DNA of 64,000 nt. Source: Eledone cirrhosa. Taxonomy: Eukaryota. Each line of letters starts with the position of its first letter. The first letter of the stretch is position 1. Below are positions 41,349-56,038 of this stretch, piece by piece. Location of the stretch: assembly GCA_964016885.1 (NCBI GenBank), contig OZ024746.1, positions 73,904,001 through 73,968,000 on the forward strand, written 5' to 3'. A program made the translations under genes and the position numbers. The notes below the pieces were generated by a model. The model made no database searches and was not told the origin of the DNA. It saw nothing but the letters and a program-made list of their open reading frames with translations.

Positions 41349-41702
41349 TAATAAAATAATGAATAAACAAAGAAACAGTTCCTTATATTAAAACAATTAA
41401 TCATTTTACGATCGTTTCTAGGATATATATGTGTTAGAGTTGGTATCGGATTGGACACTACCGTATACCAACTCTAACACATATATATCCTAGAAACGAT
41501 CGTAAAATGATGAATTTTTTTAATATAAGGAACTGTTTCTTTGTTTATTCATTATTTTATTAATTTATCTTGACTCTGTTTTCCGTTTATTTTTCACCGA
41601 AAGTAGTTTTTGAATGCATCTTCTCTTTTCATGATATCCGGATTACATTGAGTTCTTCATACGGATTGGACACTACCGTAAACTTTTGGTAGATTTATCT
41701 AC
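41343..41702 (+). mobile_element. Fold-back PLE pseudo-LTR remnant (arms 41343-41446 / 41465-41568) with a hammerhead 3' half, between (TA)n tracts
   Basis: The arms are reverse complements and contain GAAA-CGATCG-TA. The loop sequence recurs at 41662-41680. Confidence 0.75.
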
Positions 41703-41727
41703 ATATATATATATATATATATATGTA

Positions 41728-42100
41728 AGTTATTCCGGTTTTATCGGAGGTAACGACAGTAAGTAAGGTACTCAATACATAGCAGAGTATACAAGTTTTA
41801 ATATAGATGAGATTCTACAGGACTAGAACTGTTTCATTCTTTAGAAATCATCAGGAGTCTGGCTTTCCAAAATTAAATGTTTTGGTATTTATATCTTTTC
41901 AGGTGGTAGGAGAGGGTGGGGAGTGGGATGGATGGAGGTCATTGGTTGAAAGAAAAGGGAATTCAAAAGCTAATTCTTTAAAGCTCTACTTAGAGTGACA
42001 AAGGCCAAGAGAATTCTAAAAACCAGTTCAAAATATTGAGTGCCTATCATATCATTATTGTCATATTTCTCTTAAGCTATATTCCAGGTGTCAACAGACA

Positions 42101-42110
<10 letters not shown>
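41728..42110 (-). mobile_element. Shorter relative of the 12-17.5 kb PLE terminus, with a hammerhead at 41810-41860; partial inverted copy at ~42940-42995
   Basis: Aligns with the reverse complement of ~16945-17532. Minus strand: agactc-CTGATGA-tttctaaagaat-GAAA-cag ttctagtc ctg-TA-gaatct. Confidence 0.82.
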
Positions 42111-42196
<86 letters not shown>

Positions 42197-42199
42197 ATA

Positions 42200-42560
42200 A
42201 TAAGGGTTGACAGACCCAGCATATTTATCTATGCCAGTACCAGTTGTATCTCAGCGCACTCAATGAGCAATGTAAGATACATTACCAGAGTATACGCATA
42301 ATTATTTGCCTCAACACAACACACGTAAAACGGGTGCTTATAAGGTTCCCGGACTCGAGTTTCTGCCGCACTAATACAGCAGTAAGGTCCACTGCACCAT
42401 CTGTCTGTATATATTATGCAACAATACACAATCGGCTTATGCGGCTTCATCAGCGGGTATCGCCTAATCAATAACGTAATCGATCGACAGAATCCAAATA
42501 TGGACTGGTTCAAGTATAGGTCAAATTTTGGCCTCATTCGATCCTGTACTAGCTAGCAGA
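42200..42560 (-). pseudogene. Possible highly degraded LINE RT fragment
   Basis: Mixed-frame translation AVDLTAVLVRQKLE / REPYKHPFYVCCVE loosely resembles RT domain 3 (D.IF.LRQ..E..RE...P.Y.CF.D). Confidence 0.3.
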
Positions 42561-42759
42561 TGGCAATATATTTTGCCGTTCCTGGGACTTTTTGTCCTAG
42601 GAAAGGAAAATTCTTTCTGATGATCTTCACTTTTCCATTGGAGGTCCCATTGATTTCTAATGTTTTGTGAAGTGAAAGCACTGGAGTAGGTAAATATTTA
42701 AATTATATTTTTTAATTTATTTTAAAAAATTGTTTGAATTTTGCTTGTTCTGCTTATCT

Positions 42760-42807
<48 letters not shown>

Positions 42808-42828
42808 ATATATGTGTATATGTATATG

Positions 42829-42925
<97 letters not shown>

Positions 42926-43731
42926 ATGTGTGTGTGTGTGTGTGAATGTGTCTGTTGACACCTGGAATATAGCTTAAGAGAAATAGCTGACGATAAAACG
43001 ATCTTGATCTTAGTTCTGTTTAACGAAAGCTGAATATGGCTAAACAAACATACGCTCAAAAAATAATGTACATCTAACTAATCGACCATATTTAGAACAT
43101 ATAGTTACCATAGTTAATATATTTCATGATGGACAATAAACATTTTATATACCTCTAAATAGTGATGGAGGAAAGGGATGATTGTTATGGTTTTAACGGA
43201 GATGGCGAGGTAATGGTAGTAGACTAGTGTGATTAATTTCCCAGAACATTCTGATTTTATTATTGTCTGATTTATATGAAAGCAATCAGGAAAGTGAAGC
43301 AAATTATGATCAACTAATTAAGTTAATTGCTCTTTTTTATAATTACTTGGGCAAAGAAACGAAACAAATATGCTGGCTTTTTAAAATAATGATTGAATAT
43401 AGACAAAAAATTGTGGGAGATGGCAGAAATAAAGATAGGCGGAGGAATATGAAGGAAAAAATAAAAGATAAGAGAAAGAAAAATAATTATAAAGAATAAA
43501 AGAAAGAAATTCAGAAATAAAGAAAGAACATGAAGTATTGGAGGTTAGGGGTGACATAAGAAAAGGAAAAAAGAAATCAAAAATAGAAGTAGAGGGGAGT
43601 GAATATAACTGACATATATGAATTATTTCAAAAGGTTCTTTACGAAATAGTCAATGAGTCGATGAAGTAGACATTTAATTATATTACGCACACAAACACA
43701 CACACATATATATGTATGTATGTATATATAT

Positions 43732-44200
<469 letters not shown>

Positions 44201-44569
44201 CCCATGTGTAATTCAGATTTCTAGAAGGAATGCGGCAAGGGTTATTTAGACATTCATAGATTTCTAAATAACATTTATAGTATACTTTGAAAGATAAACT
44301 AACTTTAGCCTATATTGCTAGCTTTTACGGAATATCCTATGTTTTATGAAGACGTGTTTCTAATTCGGCCTATTTAGTGATTCATATTGATTCAGTAACT
44401 GGAGAATCTAATAATAATTTTATTTAAATTATAAAAAAACACATTAGAAATGGCAACAGAAGAACATTACAAGAAATCCCATATTTACGAACGTACACTA
44501 TACGCTTACTGATTTCCCAAGACCCTCCCCCCATTAGTGCCATCCCTCCTATTATTTGGGACCCGAGAG

Positions 44570-44830
44570 TGCCACCAAACTCTCCTCCGCTATATATCTA
44601 TCACACAAAACTCTCTTTTAGTCCCGCTCTCTGTATCTACTAAAACCAAACTCTATTCCTCTCGGTATCTACCACGACACCGACTCTCATTTCCCACTCT
44701 CTATATCTAAGACTAAAACACTCTCTCACTCTCTATAAATATCTACACATATCTTTCCCAATACCCTCTGTATATCAATCACCCTAAACTCTCACCCTCT
44801 CTATATCTATTACAATTACACGGCACTCTC
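44570..44830. repeat. Reverse-orientation copy of the GA-rich minisatellite that flanks the LINE
   Basis: Units like caccaaactctc...ctctatatctat. Confidence 0.65.
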
Positions 44831-47800
44831 CCATTATCTTACTCGCATTGATTTCAGATTGTCAACTGAGATCAGTTTGACAATCGCCACCGACGAATGG
44901 GAAAAAGTTCTCCAGGAAATTAATGAAGAATCTTCAAAATATCTCTCCACCGAAGTTAACAAAGAACTTACCAAACCAAATTGTAAAATTATAATATTAT
45001 AAAATTAAGTTAAATTGTTTAGAACTACAAGTGAATGCATTCTTTTCTCCTTTAAAATATACCTGACTGTACCAAGGATTTCACACATTTTCCAATATAT
45101 ATATATGCCGTCGAAACAGCTTGAGCTCTGCCGTCGGGGTCATACATTTTTCTATATGTGTGTATTGTTCGTTCCCGTTTGTCAATCCATTTTTATTTCT
45201 CACTTGTACGTATTAATTAACTAACACTTGTTTACACAAGATTTAGCACTCAACGTATTTTAGTTTCCAGATTGTGATGCAATCATGTATGTTTATGTTT
45301 GACGGAGCTTTCGTATAAAAATGAAGAATAAGGCAGTATGTTGGATTCTTATGTCATTTTATTAACTAAGTAATTGCTGTTCTACGTGTTTCGGTGATAC
45401 CAATGATACAATAGATACGACCACATAAGACAGCTTTTATATAACTTTTTAAATTCATACTGTGAAATGACTTGGGCAAATATTTTGATGTTGCTTCTTC
45501 AGCGCCCAGATGCCATGAGCGTATAGACAAAAGTGACGTAATTAATAAAACATTGTAAGATTCCAGAATACACTCTTATTCTTTATATGTGAGTGTACAT
45601 GTGTGTGAATGCGTGTGTGTGTTTGTATATAAATATAGGCATTTGTCAATGTATTTGTAACTGATTTAAACGGCAAATAATCCCATTTACGAACCTAATA
45701 CAATACTACATTAGGTTAAATACATATCGACGTTTCATGGCTACTGTTCTTTATATTCTGAATATACAGTTTTATCTCCTTAGAAAATGGGATTTCAAAA
45801 CTACTTCTTTCATTATTATAAGTTAATGAATTGCTGGGAAAACTGTATATTTGATAAAAGAAAGGTGTTAATGTGTTTCTCATATATCAGGATAATCTTA
45901 GAAATTAACGTAGAATTTTATGCAAGATTATAGATACCAATGCCACTTTCAATAAATCTGTTGTGTTTTATCAAATGTGATAGCATGACTATTTTTGAGT
46001 AGACGAGTGCTTGGTGGAAACCTGCATTTCTCTTGCATCAGGTTTAACAAAATTTCGCCTTTCTGTTCATATTGATAACAGTATGTGACATTTGGAGCAT
46101 GTACAAAAGGAATTCCTGGTTGAAGAAAATATGAGATTATGCGATATTAAGTAGTAAGATCGAAACCTACAGCATTTGTTTTTCAGCGTATTTATAGCGA
46201 ATACATAATTCCAAATAATTCTGACCCCTCAGTCTTCAGAATAATGTAACATTTCCTTTTATTGTATTATCTTATCTTCTCTGTGACCTAATGAATGGTA
46301 GATTTAACTGTTATCAGCCGAATGTTGTAAAACTAAAACTTAAATTATTAATAAATTTGGTTACATCTACAATTTAATTTATGAGTTTAACACTTCTGTA
46401 ATTGGATAAATCCGGTTATCGATAATAAAATAATTTATAGGAATAGCTGCAGCATGGCCTAGACATTATAAGATTTTCTACGTAATCATAATGTCTCAAG
46501 TACAGTCACACGGCGTGCGTCGTTTTCCATTTCCTGGGACTGGGAAAATATTTAGAAACCTCTCAGATAAATTTTGCATGTAATTCAATGGGTCAACCTT
46601 TATGTACACTGCGTTATGCTGAATCATCGTTAGTATACGTTAAATCTACACGTATCTGTGGAATTCTCAGCTACTTATACGTCAATTTTAAAACAAGTCT
46701 GTTCCGTTGACAAAATAGCTGGGACAACCGACTGAGATACATTCCATTTTATAGAACTATGTTTATTTCCGATGTGGAAAACAAAGGATATAATCAAATC
46801 CACATTTAGTAGTCAAGTGAGAGCGCTAAAACATTCACTAAAACTGAGTATACCGAAAATCCTTTGAGGGACATTTCAACACCAATTTCATATCTTCTTT
46901 CATCAGAATCTATAGACCTATCTCCACGTATTCCACCGACATCAAATGTTATATTATTTTATATATATTTCTCGTGAAAACACTTAGATACCATAGGTTT
47001 ACATAATACACCCCCCCCCACACACGCACACACGCGCGCGCGCACACACACATACACCCACACCCACACACACACACATATATATATATATGTCTGTGTA
47101 TGAGTGTGTATGTGCGTGTGTGAATGTATCAAATGACATGAAACTATGTTTTCAGTTACATTTTAAAATAATTTCATTACGTCAGTAATTTACTCACGGA
47201 GAGTGCAAAAGAACATTTAACAGGTGTTTATGTATTCGTAGACATGAAGTACTTGACTTAGAGCAATTAGACTTATGCAGTGACAGGTAAATAGAGTTAT
47301 TGAATTGCTGATAAATTCTGCCAATATTCTGTGAACTACAAACACAACAAAATATCCGCAGAGAATTAGATACGTTGATCGACTTTCAGACAGTGCAGTA
47401 ATTAATTCATTTGTCTCATTTTAACATTACTTTATATTAATTGTCTCAGACCTGGAGAGATGATGGGCCCCTTCTGACTTTAAAATGCTCTAGAAACGCC
47501 GTATGTTATTACAGGGAACCCTTTGATTCCACAATTGTCTAGAAAATTCGGCTTAAATCACCTTGCACTTTTATTTTAAAATAAAATTTCGTGAAAAAAG
47601 TACATATTTGTTTACCTTTTAATATATAACCATTGGTTCGTATAGATATTCCTAATGGATTTTCAAATACTCCCCAAAAACTGGCAATTCGATCCACAAA
47701 CATAACACAAATTTGCGGGTTTAATTTCACAGCGAGACTAAATACACACGGATACGATTCCCGATATTTATTTATACATACCTAGTCGAAACACTCCATG

Positions 47801-48339
47801 CTTTACTCGTATGCCTTCAAAAATATCTTACAAGGAAGGTGTGACAACGTAATTCTTCTCAAAATTAATAAGACACAATATGAACACATATCAAGGCGAC
47901 GATTTTTCAAAACAACTAATTTTATGGACATGAAACTCATTATATATACCAGCCTTCATATTTGATGATAAACTCTCAATACAACCAAATATCTACAGTC
48001 GTGTCTCAAATAAAAGTTTTCGTCTTCTGGGCAAGAAAATATTTTAGTCCTGATTATTTGTTAACCTTTTTAATAAATTAAAGTCAGATCCAAATTTGGT
48101 GTGGTGTCAGACTGCAGGCACAAAAGAAGGTTATTCAGTTGAATACCAAAGACACATTTTGAAATATTCTGTAACTACTAGCAAACAGAAGGAATATTTC
48201 ATCTCGTTTTTATCTAATGTTTTGGCGTCTGATTCTCTGAGTAAGCATTTTACGTAATAAATTCATCTCATCCCACGAAACGCACTTCTAAAAGTCTAAA
48301 GTCTGTCTCAAGCCCGGAGGTTCATTACCAGGTGCTTAT

Positions 48340-48560
48340 CCCTGTCTTTCGTAGAGTTAAGCGACTGAAAATACAAGACATCCCCTGGACAGGACTCCTA
48401 TCCATCGAAAGGTTAAAACCCCAGCCACTGCTGGTACTCATTTTCAGTTAAGTAACATGGAGCAGCATGAAATGAAGCGTTTTGTTCAAGAACACAACAC
48501 ACAATTGAACCCACGACATTATGATCATAAGTTCAACACCCTTTCCACTAAACCACGCGC
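48340..48560 (-). mobile_element. Older SINE family B
   Basis: ggtactcattttcag...ggagcagcatgaaatgaag...ttgttcaagaacacaac...ttgaaccc, similar to 6460-6600. Confidence 0.6.
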
Positions 48561-50151
48561 AGTCATGTACTTGCCTATTCGTATATTAAGAATTCTTCTT
48601 TCTCTCAACTTATAAAACCCACTCTAAGCATAACTCTCATCATTTTAATCCAGAAACCAACACCAGCTTCTTATGTTTCCTCTTCAGCTATTAACCTACA
48701 GAACAATTGAACATCAACTGCTATGACCTCATCGGTGTGGGAGGCCGTGTTAAAGTGAGTAATGCTATATATATGTTGGCTGTTATAATCATGTATACCT
48801 ATATGAACTGAAGAGATAAACAAGATTTAGTTAACGAATACTAGTACTTACTAAATTTACTTTAAGCAAATTTACTCCAAGCCCGTGCACGATTTGTATT
48901 AGACAGTGGACGTACCTATCTGACTGAAAAGACGGTTTACTTTCAATTCTTGATTACGGAATTTATATAAATAGTCACGAAAAAAAAAAAAAAAAAAGAG
49001 AACCGTAAGAAAACATAACAACAAACTGCAAACACGTGTACGAATTCAATATAATTACGCGGTTTACCACCACAGATTACCATGCTCTTTCATTAACTCG
49101 TTCGTACGCCACTTATTTCTCTCATTGTTTTCGTCTGCAAATGACCCACACATTGATCTCCAGCTTCCTCAACCAGTTCTTTGTTACAACCCTCATACTA
49201 CATACCGCGAACAACACCTCTGACTCTTCAACAACTTCTATGATACTTCCCACCTGCATGCTCCCGTCAACAGAATTCCAACAATAATCCGTCTCTTTAA
49301 AAACATCTTGTATCCAATACTACATCATCGAATTCTGTCTAATATATTTAATTTTTTAAAGTTATCAGAAAGTAGTTTAGGGGAAATTTGGTTGCTATCT
49401 CTTGCATATCAAACGACCAAATAGAGGTTACATTTTGTTATTGAGTTGTGGCATGCTGTTGGCACCATTACCCAGTTCCATGTTGATAGACAAATATGAA
49501 ATATAAAACCCAATAGCAAAAGTAAGACTTGTAGATAACAAATATCTCTGTTGCATTATAGATATAGGTCTGAATTAACAGGTAGGGGAACCGTATAGTG
49601 GAAATCGAATATTTTCAGGCTATTCAGAGCTTTACTTATGCATCCGGCTTGAGGAAAAAGACGAATCTGTTGCAATATTCAACATTTCTCAGAATATTTG
49701 TTACTAGTGGTATCAAATATCCAATAACCGGCTGTAACTTATTGAGCATACAGTATTGAATAGATAATATTGAGAATAAGATATTGTATAAGTTGATAAC
49801 ATGGAGGTGACAGCATGTCGATTAAGCGAAGGCGAATAGGTGTTGTTGAACATACGACATTACATCAGGTGATAAAACGGATATCGTGTGCAGAAGAATC
49901 AAAGAAATATAACAGATAATATCACCTTGATGATATCGGTCCACGTAATTAAAGAACGAATGATATTGAACAGAAGATACTAATCGGGTGTATTCTATAT
50001 GCATGGAAGAGAGCATATCTGTATAAAATTAATCTGAAATATACACACACAAAAGCCAGCCTCCACACACTCATATACAACTCACAAACACATAGATATA
50101 TATTTATATAAAACATACATGTTATTATATATATATATGTGTGTGTATATA

Positions 50152-50207
<56 letters not shown>

Positions 50208-50214
50208 TATGAAA

Positions 50215-50272
50215 AGGTTCAGGACCTAGCTGTCGAAACGGCCGGAGCACAGCCGTCGGGGTCTTGAATCTT
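50215..50272 (+). ncRNA. Hammerhead relic lacking the CUGANGA box; related 3' half at ~45108-45141
   Basis: aggttcaggacc...gtc-GAAA-cggc cggagcaca gccg-TC-ggggtcttgaatct has a long stem I and 4-bp stem III with GUC, but the 5' core is absent. Confidence 0.5.
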
Positions 50273-50356
50273 GTCATATTACAAACTCTACTACCCCAAG
50301 TATCGAGTACTCCGGTGCGTTATGGTACACCTGCTATCTTACCACACCCTCTTTGT

Positions 50357-50387
<31 letters not shown>

Positions 50388-50392
50388 TTTGA

Positions 50393-50558
50393 GTATATGT
50401 TGGTTGTATACCAACACCTCAATATGCAGATTGGAGCACTCGACGAAGTGCGCAGCTTGGTTTGGTTACTCCGGAGTAATGTAAAATAAAATAAAATAAA
50501 TAAGTCAAATGTTTAAAATTTGGCTTCGTTTATTACTGCTATATATTACTGCTATATA
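50393..50558 (-). mobile_element. Truncated copy of the 59308-59650 hammerhead unit
   Basis: ~150 bp nearly identical to 59308-59460, bounded by (TA)n. Confidence 0.85.
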
Positions 50559-51177
50559 TATGTATATATATTCTAATACATCTTTCTGTTTGTTTGTGTA
50601 TAATTGATAATACAGAGGACTCAAGATACACCCCATCTACCCCATATTTTCTAACTGGTCTTTCTGCATCTTTGGCAAGTGTCAACTTATCAATGCAATC
50701 CTATTTTATCAGCAATTATCTGACACTCACCACTAAATTTCTATAAAACCTTTTTCCAAACTGACAACTAAACTTTCCATCCCTTCACACTTGCTTTATC
50801 GTTGTTTTTGATATCTTAAAACCTTTCATTTACTAGATAAATCTTTTGAAAATGTCCGCCTTCTCAATGCTTTCTATATCAGTGTAGACCTTATCTTCAT
50901 TCTTTAACTCTGGAAACTGAGAAACATGACTTTGAACAATAAAATCCTTATTGAAGTTAATCCTTTCCCCATTGTGTTTTCTGTGTTACGAATGATTCCA
51001 GGGGTAATATCCATATCCTGGGGACAGCCTTCTTACTGATAAAAAAGCACGAGATCTCGAATGAAAACGAAGTTAATTTAGTACGGTTATTTAGCCTTAG
51101 GTCTGAAGTGTTGATGTGATTTTGGAGGATCTATGCTGAGTTCTTGGATTGAGCAGAACCAATCCCTAATCACAGTA

Positions 51178-51221
<44 letters not shown>

Positions 51222-51387
51222 ATAATAATAAATGTGTAGACTAAAATCAAAAGAGGGCTCGATAAGGATAAATATATATCAAATATATAAGAACCTTAGA
51301 GCTAATATTTATTAAAATAACAGATTAAAGTTTAAACAAAGAATCGGGGTGAAAGCAGCGATTTTCTGCTTAAACTTTAATCTGTTA

Positions 51388-51430
<43 letters not shown>

Positions 51431-52109
51431 ATCTCTAATTTTTTCCTGGTACCATATTTATATGTTGATATTATATAAATATGGTACACTATATATGTAT
51501 GTATGTGTGTGTCTGTGTGAGTGTGTGGGCCATCATCACCTAACCCTTAATGCTTGTTATTGCTGGTTGTTTAACTGACTTGCTCTTGCCTCTCTTTCTG
51601 CAAATGTTGCTATTGTTGCTAACGATGGAAATATATGGTGAAGATAGAGCAGTTTGATGTGGATAGGAGCAATTATTATTACACACAAGCACTCACCCCA
51701 CTCCACATGCACACACGGACATGCGCGGTCTTACAGCCATACACAAGTAAATGGATACTACGTCAGTTTCGCACATGTATATTCAGTAGTCCGAAATATA
51801 TATTCCTTGTATTATGATGTAAATGGCTGAATATCACATGACCAAGTATATTCTTAATGTAATCCTGAGGCAGAATCAACAAAAAACATACAAGTCTTGA
51901 CGTTGAATTACTGTTACGATCTCTCCGACGGGCTTCTACGTAGTTTCTGTCTACATGGCTAGCGTTGATTTCAAGCTATAACTAAATCTATGGGAGTAAG
52001 TAGTATTATATTTTAATGTAGACTGTGACGAAAATATAACGACGGATACATCCATGGCATCAATCATTTATCATACACCTAATATCTCCAATGTGGAACT
52101 AGAATTGCA

Positions 52110-52620
52110 CAAATGTCAATTGGCTTGCTCCGTAATCATCAAGTCCCGGGTTCGATTTCACTACGCGGCACATCGGGCAAGTGTCAATGCCCTGAGTAAC
52201 CCAGGCATTGTGAGAGAAATTGTGTTGCCGGAAACTGTTTAAAGCCCTCCCAGTGGTGTGTAATTGTAATTAAGAGTGCCACTGTGTCTCGTTGAATCTC
52301 TTTGAGAATTGCATTAAGGGGTAACGGGTATGTGGAATACTCAACCACTTTCATGTTAATTCTATGGGCAGGTTGTTACATTGATTGAATAACTGGAACA
52401 CTCCTTGTCAAAACTAAGGAATGTCCATCCCCGAACTATTACAAATATCGAGTAATGTGACGAATAGCAGCCAGTTTATTTTTATAAACCACTATACACA
52501 GTCTTAAACTAGGAAAGAAGATATAGACGTAGATGCCCTTAAAAAGACTGGAGAATTATATCTGGAATGCATTAGATCTTCTTAAGTTATCCTGAGGTTG
52601 AAATATAACAATAATACAGA
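52110..52620 (+). mobile_element. Old SINE-like repeat
   Basis: B-box-like cccgggttcgatttc followed by gggcaagtgtc. The 3' part loosely resembles 11530-11700. Confidence 0.45.
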
Positions 52621-52820
52621 TAATTTCTTGTAATTCAGCGGGGAAGAGATATCCATCACATAGTGATCGGCCATATTGCTATCACTGTTTGGACATCTGT
52701 TAAACAAACACTTCACAAGAACTAGAAATAACAGCAGAGGTTTTGAGATGAGATGTGAATTGATACTTTATTTGCTTATCTAACTCACTTCTCTGCACAC
52801 ACACACACACACCATCACAC

Positions 52821-52934
<114 letters not shown>

Positions 52935-53301
52935 GCACACACACACACACACACACACACAAACTCATGCAGGGACACACTCATATTTATGTATTGTTTT
53001 TTTTTTGTATTAGCAATAAAGGAAAATAAAATAAAAATGAGAAAATGATATATAATATCAATATTATACCTCGGAGATAATACAACAAATCGATGAACAT
53101 AATATAATATAAAATAACTATAACATTGATAGATACAAGTTTAATACCCAAATGCACAATATATAACATATACGATACAATAACGAACATGAAGACAGAT
53201 AAACAGACTGATAACAGCGACATCTATAAATACATAGGATATCAGCATCAAATAAAATAAAATAAATAAAACAAATATAACGGAAGACAATGGGATATAT
53301 G

Positions 53302-53386
<85 letters not shown>

Positions 53387-53417
53387 ATATATATATACAT
53401 ATATATATATATGTGTA

Positions 53418-53519
<102 letters not shown>

Positions 53520-53520
53520 A

Positions 53521-53555
<35 letters not shown>

Positions 53556-53731
53556 CATAGAGAGAGAGAGAGAGAGAGAGAGAGGGGGAGAGAGAGAGAT
53601 AATGAATGATAAACAGACTGTGGTACCTATGACCACACCCATATCTACTGCACCTTTCTACTGGTTGTAACGCCTTAAATTTAATTAAGTTGACAGAATA
53701 GTAAAAGTGTAAAATATAAACTAATATCTAT

Positions 53732-54158
53732 CTAGGGCGGGTAAAATTCCCGAGATCCATGGACGAGTTCTCTCCAGCGGTCTCTGTCCCTCATTATCGC
53801 TGCCATGTCTTGCGTCTCCAACAGACCAGTGTCTGTCCTTAGGGCATCAACATACGTTAACCTTGGTCTTCCTCTTCCAGTGTGTCCATGTAGGGGCTCC
53901 CACAGGAACACTGAGTGCAGTGCCAACTCTGGATGTTGGTGAGCATGTCAAGCTAACCTCAGTCTCCTCTGTGTCACTTTTGAGCTGACTTTTGGGAGGC
54001 TCCCATACAGCTCTGAGTTTTTTTATCCCAGTGTATACTGATTAATGTTCAGAGTAATCCTCAGCCTTCTCGTGTAGCACCCATCCACCATCTGAGTGAG
54101 TTTCTTGGTCAGTGTCCAAGTCTTAGACCCGTACAGCAGCACAGACTCCACTGCAGCA
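53732..54158 (-). mobile_element. 3' end of an RTE-type LINE
   Basis: AAVESVLLYGSKTWTLTK...DGCYTRRLR...QRRLRLA*H...LWEP...GRGRPRLTYVD...MRDRDRWR. Confidence 0.88.
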
Positions 54159-54159
54159 A

Positions 54160-54305
54160 TAATAATTGTTTCTACTTTTGGCACTACTGGAACTTTATTT
54201 TATCGAGCAAAGTTAACCTTGACGGGATTTGAATTCAGACCGTAAAGGGACGTAACTATGCTAGAAAGCATGGCGTCGAACCATCTACCGATACTGCCAA
54301 TTCAC
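54160..54305 (-). mobile_element. SINE-A with internal deletions, directly upstream of the RTE fragment
   Basis: Consensus match. Confidence 0.85.
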
Positions 54306-54789
54306 CATAATAAACACACAGGCACGTAGTCAGTTACCAGTATACTAACACACTCAACACAGGAACACAATAAACAGATAATCACGCAAACAACAACAAC
54401 GACAACAACAACAACAACAACAACAGCAACAACAACAACCATATTAATATACACAGAAATTGACCAGTAATATATATCGAACTCAGCAAACAGGAAAACA
54501 AGAACATAGAGAGGAAACATTGCGAAATTTACATAAATGTAATGAATTTCTTTGCTAGATCAAATAATAAGGAAATAAAGTACAACCAGTGCATTTCTCT
54601 CACTTTTCCTTCCCTCTTTATATATGTACATATCACACATTGATGAAAAGCATGTTCCCTCCAATGTTAATCGTCTTGGTTAACTAAGATAATTGATATC
54701 AGTTTTACGCTTTGAAACTGTAGTAAAGAAAATTTGAAGTGAGCATAAATTTCTTCTCTGAATTTATTTTACTACCGTCTCCCATCTTA

Positions 54790-54865
<76 letters not shown>

Positions 54866-54910
54866 CAATAGGAAAAAGAACTAAGTTATTGTTAAAACAT
54901 ATCTTTATTC

Positions 54911-54993
54911 TACTTACCTTTCAATATAGAGCGGTGGGCCATACCAGGATACATGCGAGGTAGTATTCATCGCTCTACATATCCTCAGGAGTC
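54911..54993 (-). ncRNA. Degenerate hammerhead-like motif with a long stem II
   Basis: Minus strand: gactc-CTGAGGA-t atgtagagcg...cgctctatat t-GAAA-GG-TA-agtag, then AATAAA and (TA)n. Stems I and III are imperfect. Confidence 0.5.
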
Positions 54994-55458
54994 TAAATAT
55001 TGTTCGAAGTGTCAACTGTATTACATACATGAGATAACTCCATACAACGGATGAGGTTCATACTATACCAGAGAATACATAGCAAGGCACAAGTACAAGC
55101 ATACATATATATATACTGAATGAACTCGTGAAACTGAAAACGATATCTCGGATATCTATATATGTATACACACAAGAGATCATTTTACAGCCTCCTCCTC
55201 AACAAGAAAGATGAAAACATTTACCGCAACACTTAATTTTAAATCTTTAATTTTTAGTGTTTAATCCTTATTAATTCTTTTTAACTGTAATACTCAACAT
55301 TTGATAAGATGAATTTTACTAATACATCAAAACCAGCAATACTTTATATACTTTATATACATTATAAAACTGTTTTTAAAAAGAATTGACCACTTTGACA
55401 AATCAAAGAAAGGGAAAAGAGAAAAGCAAAGCCTTAAATATATTTTCAGTGCTATTTC

Positions 55459-55587
<129 letters not shown>

Positions 55588-55725
55588 CAAATAACGAAAC
55601 GGAATTAAATTTCGTTTCGTTTGTAACTCACTTTTGTATGACTGACGCTTAAACAATTAAGTTAAAAATGTACATATGCATACTAGTATTTCAGTATACA
55701 TATGTGGATGTACATTTTTAACTTA

Positions 55726-55761
<36 letters not shown>

Positions 55762-55856
55762 CCCATATCTTACGTTAAATATTTTCCATCTTGACGCTAT
55801 AGTCACTTATATATTATGAAATACTGTTGGCTTCTTGCGCACATTAATTTCTCTAT

Positions 55857-55936
<80 letters not shown>

Positions 55937-55977
55937 ATGATATTAATAAATGGAAACTATATTTATAAAACCATATT

Positions 55978-56038
55978 TATTTTATTATATATATTTCAAG
56001 GGTACCAAAATATTGGTACGCCCTCATCAGATAAAATA
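55978..56038 (-). ncRNA. Type I minimal hammerhead ribozyme, intact core; G5A-mutated inverted copy at 58714-58774 (+)
   Basis: Minus strand: tattttat-CTGATGA-gggc gtaccaa tatt ttggtac cctt-GAAA-TATATA-TA-ataaaata with an 8-bp stem I. The copy reads CTAATGA. Confidence 0.85.

Noticed and set aside
46215-46245. CTGAAGA-ctga gggg tcag on the minus strand
   Set aside because: Followed by AATT rather than GAAA, with no stem III or stem I.
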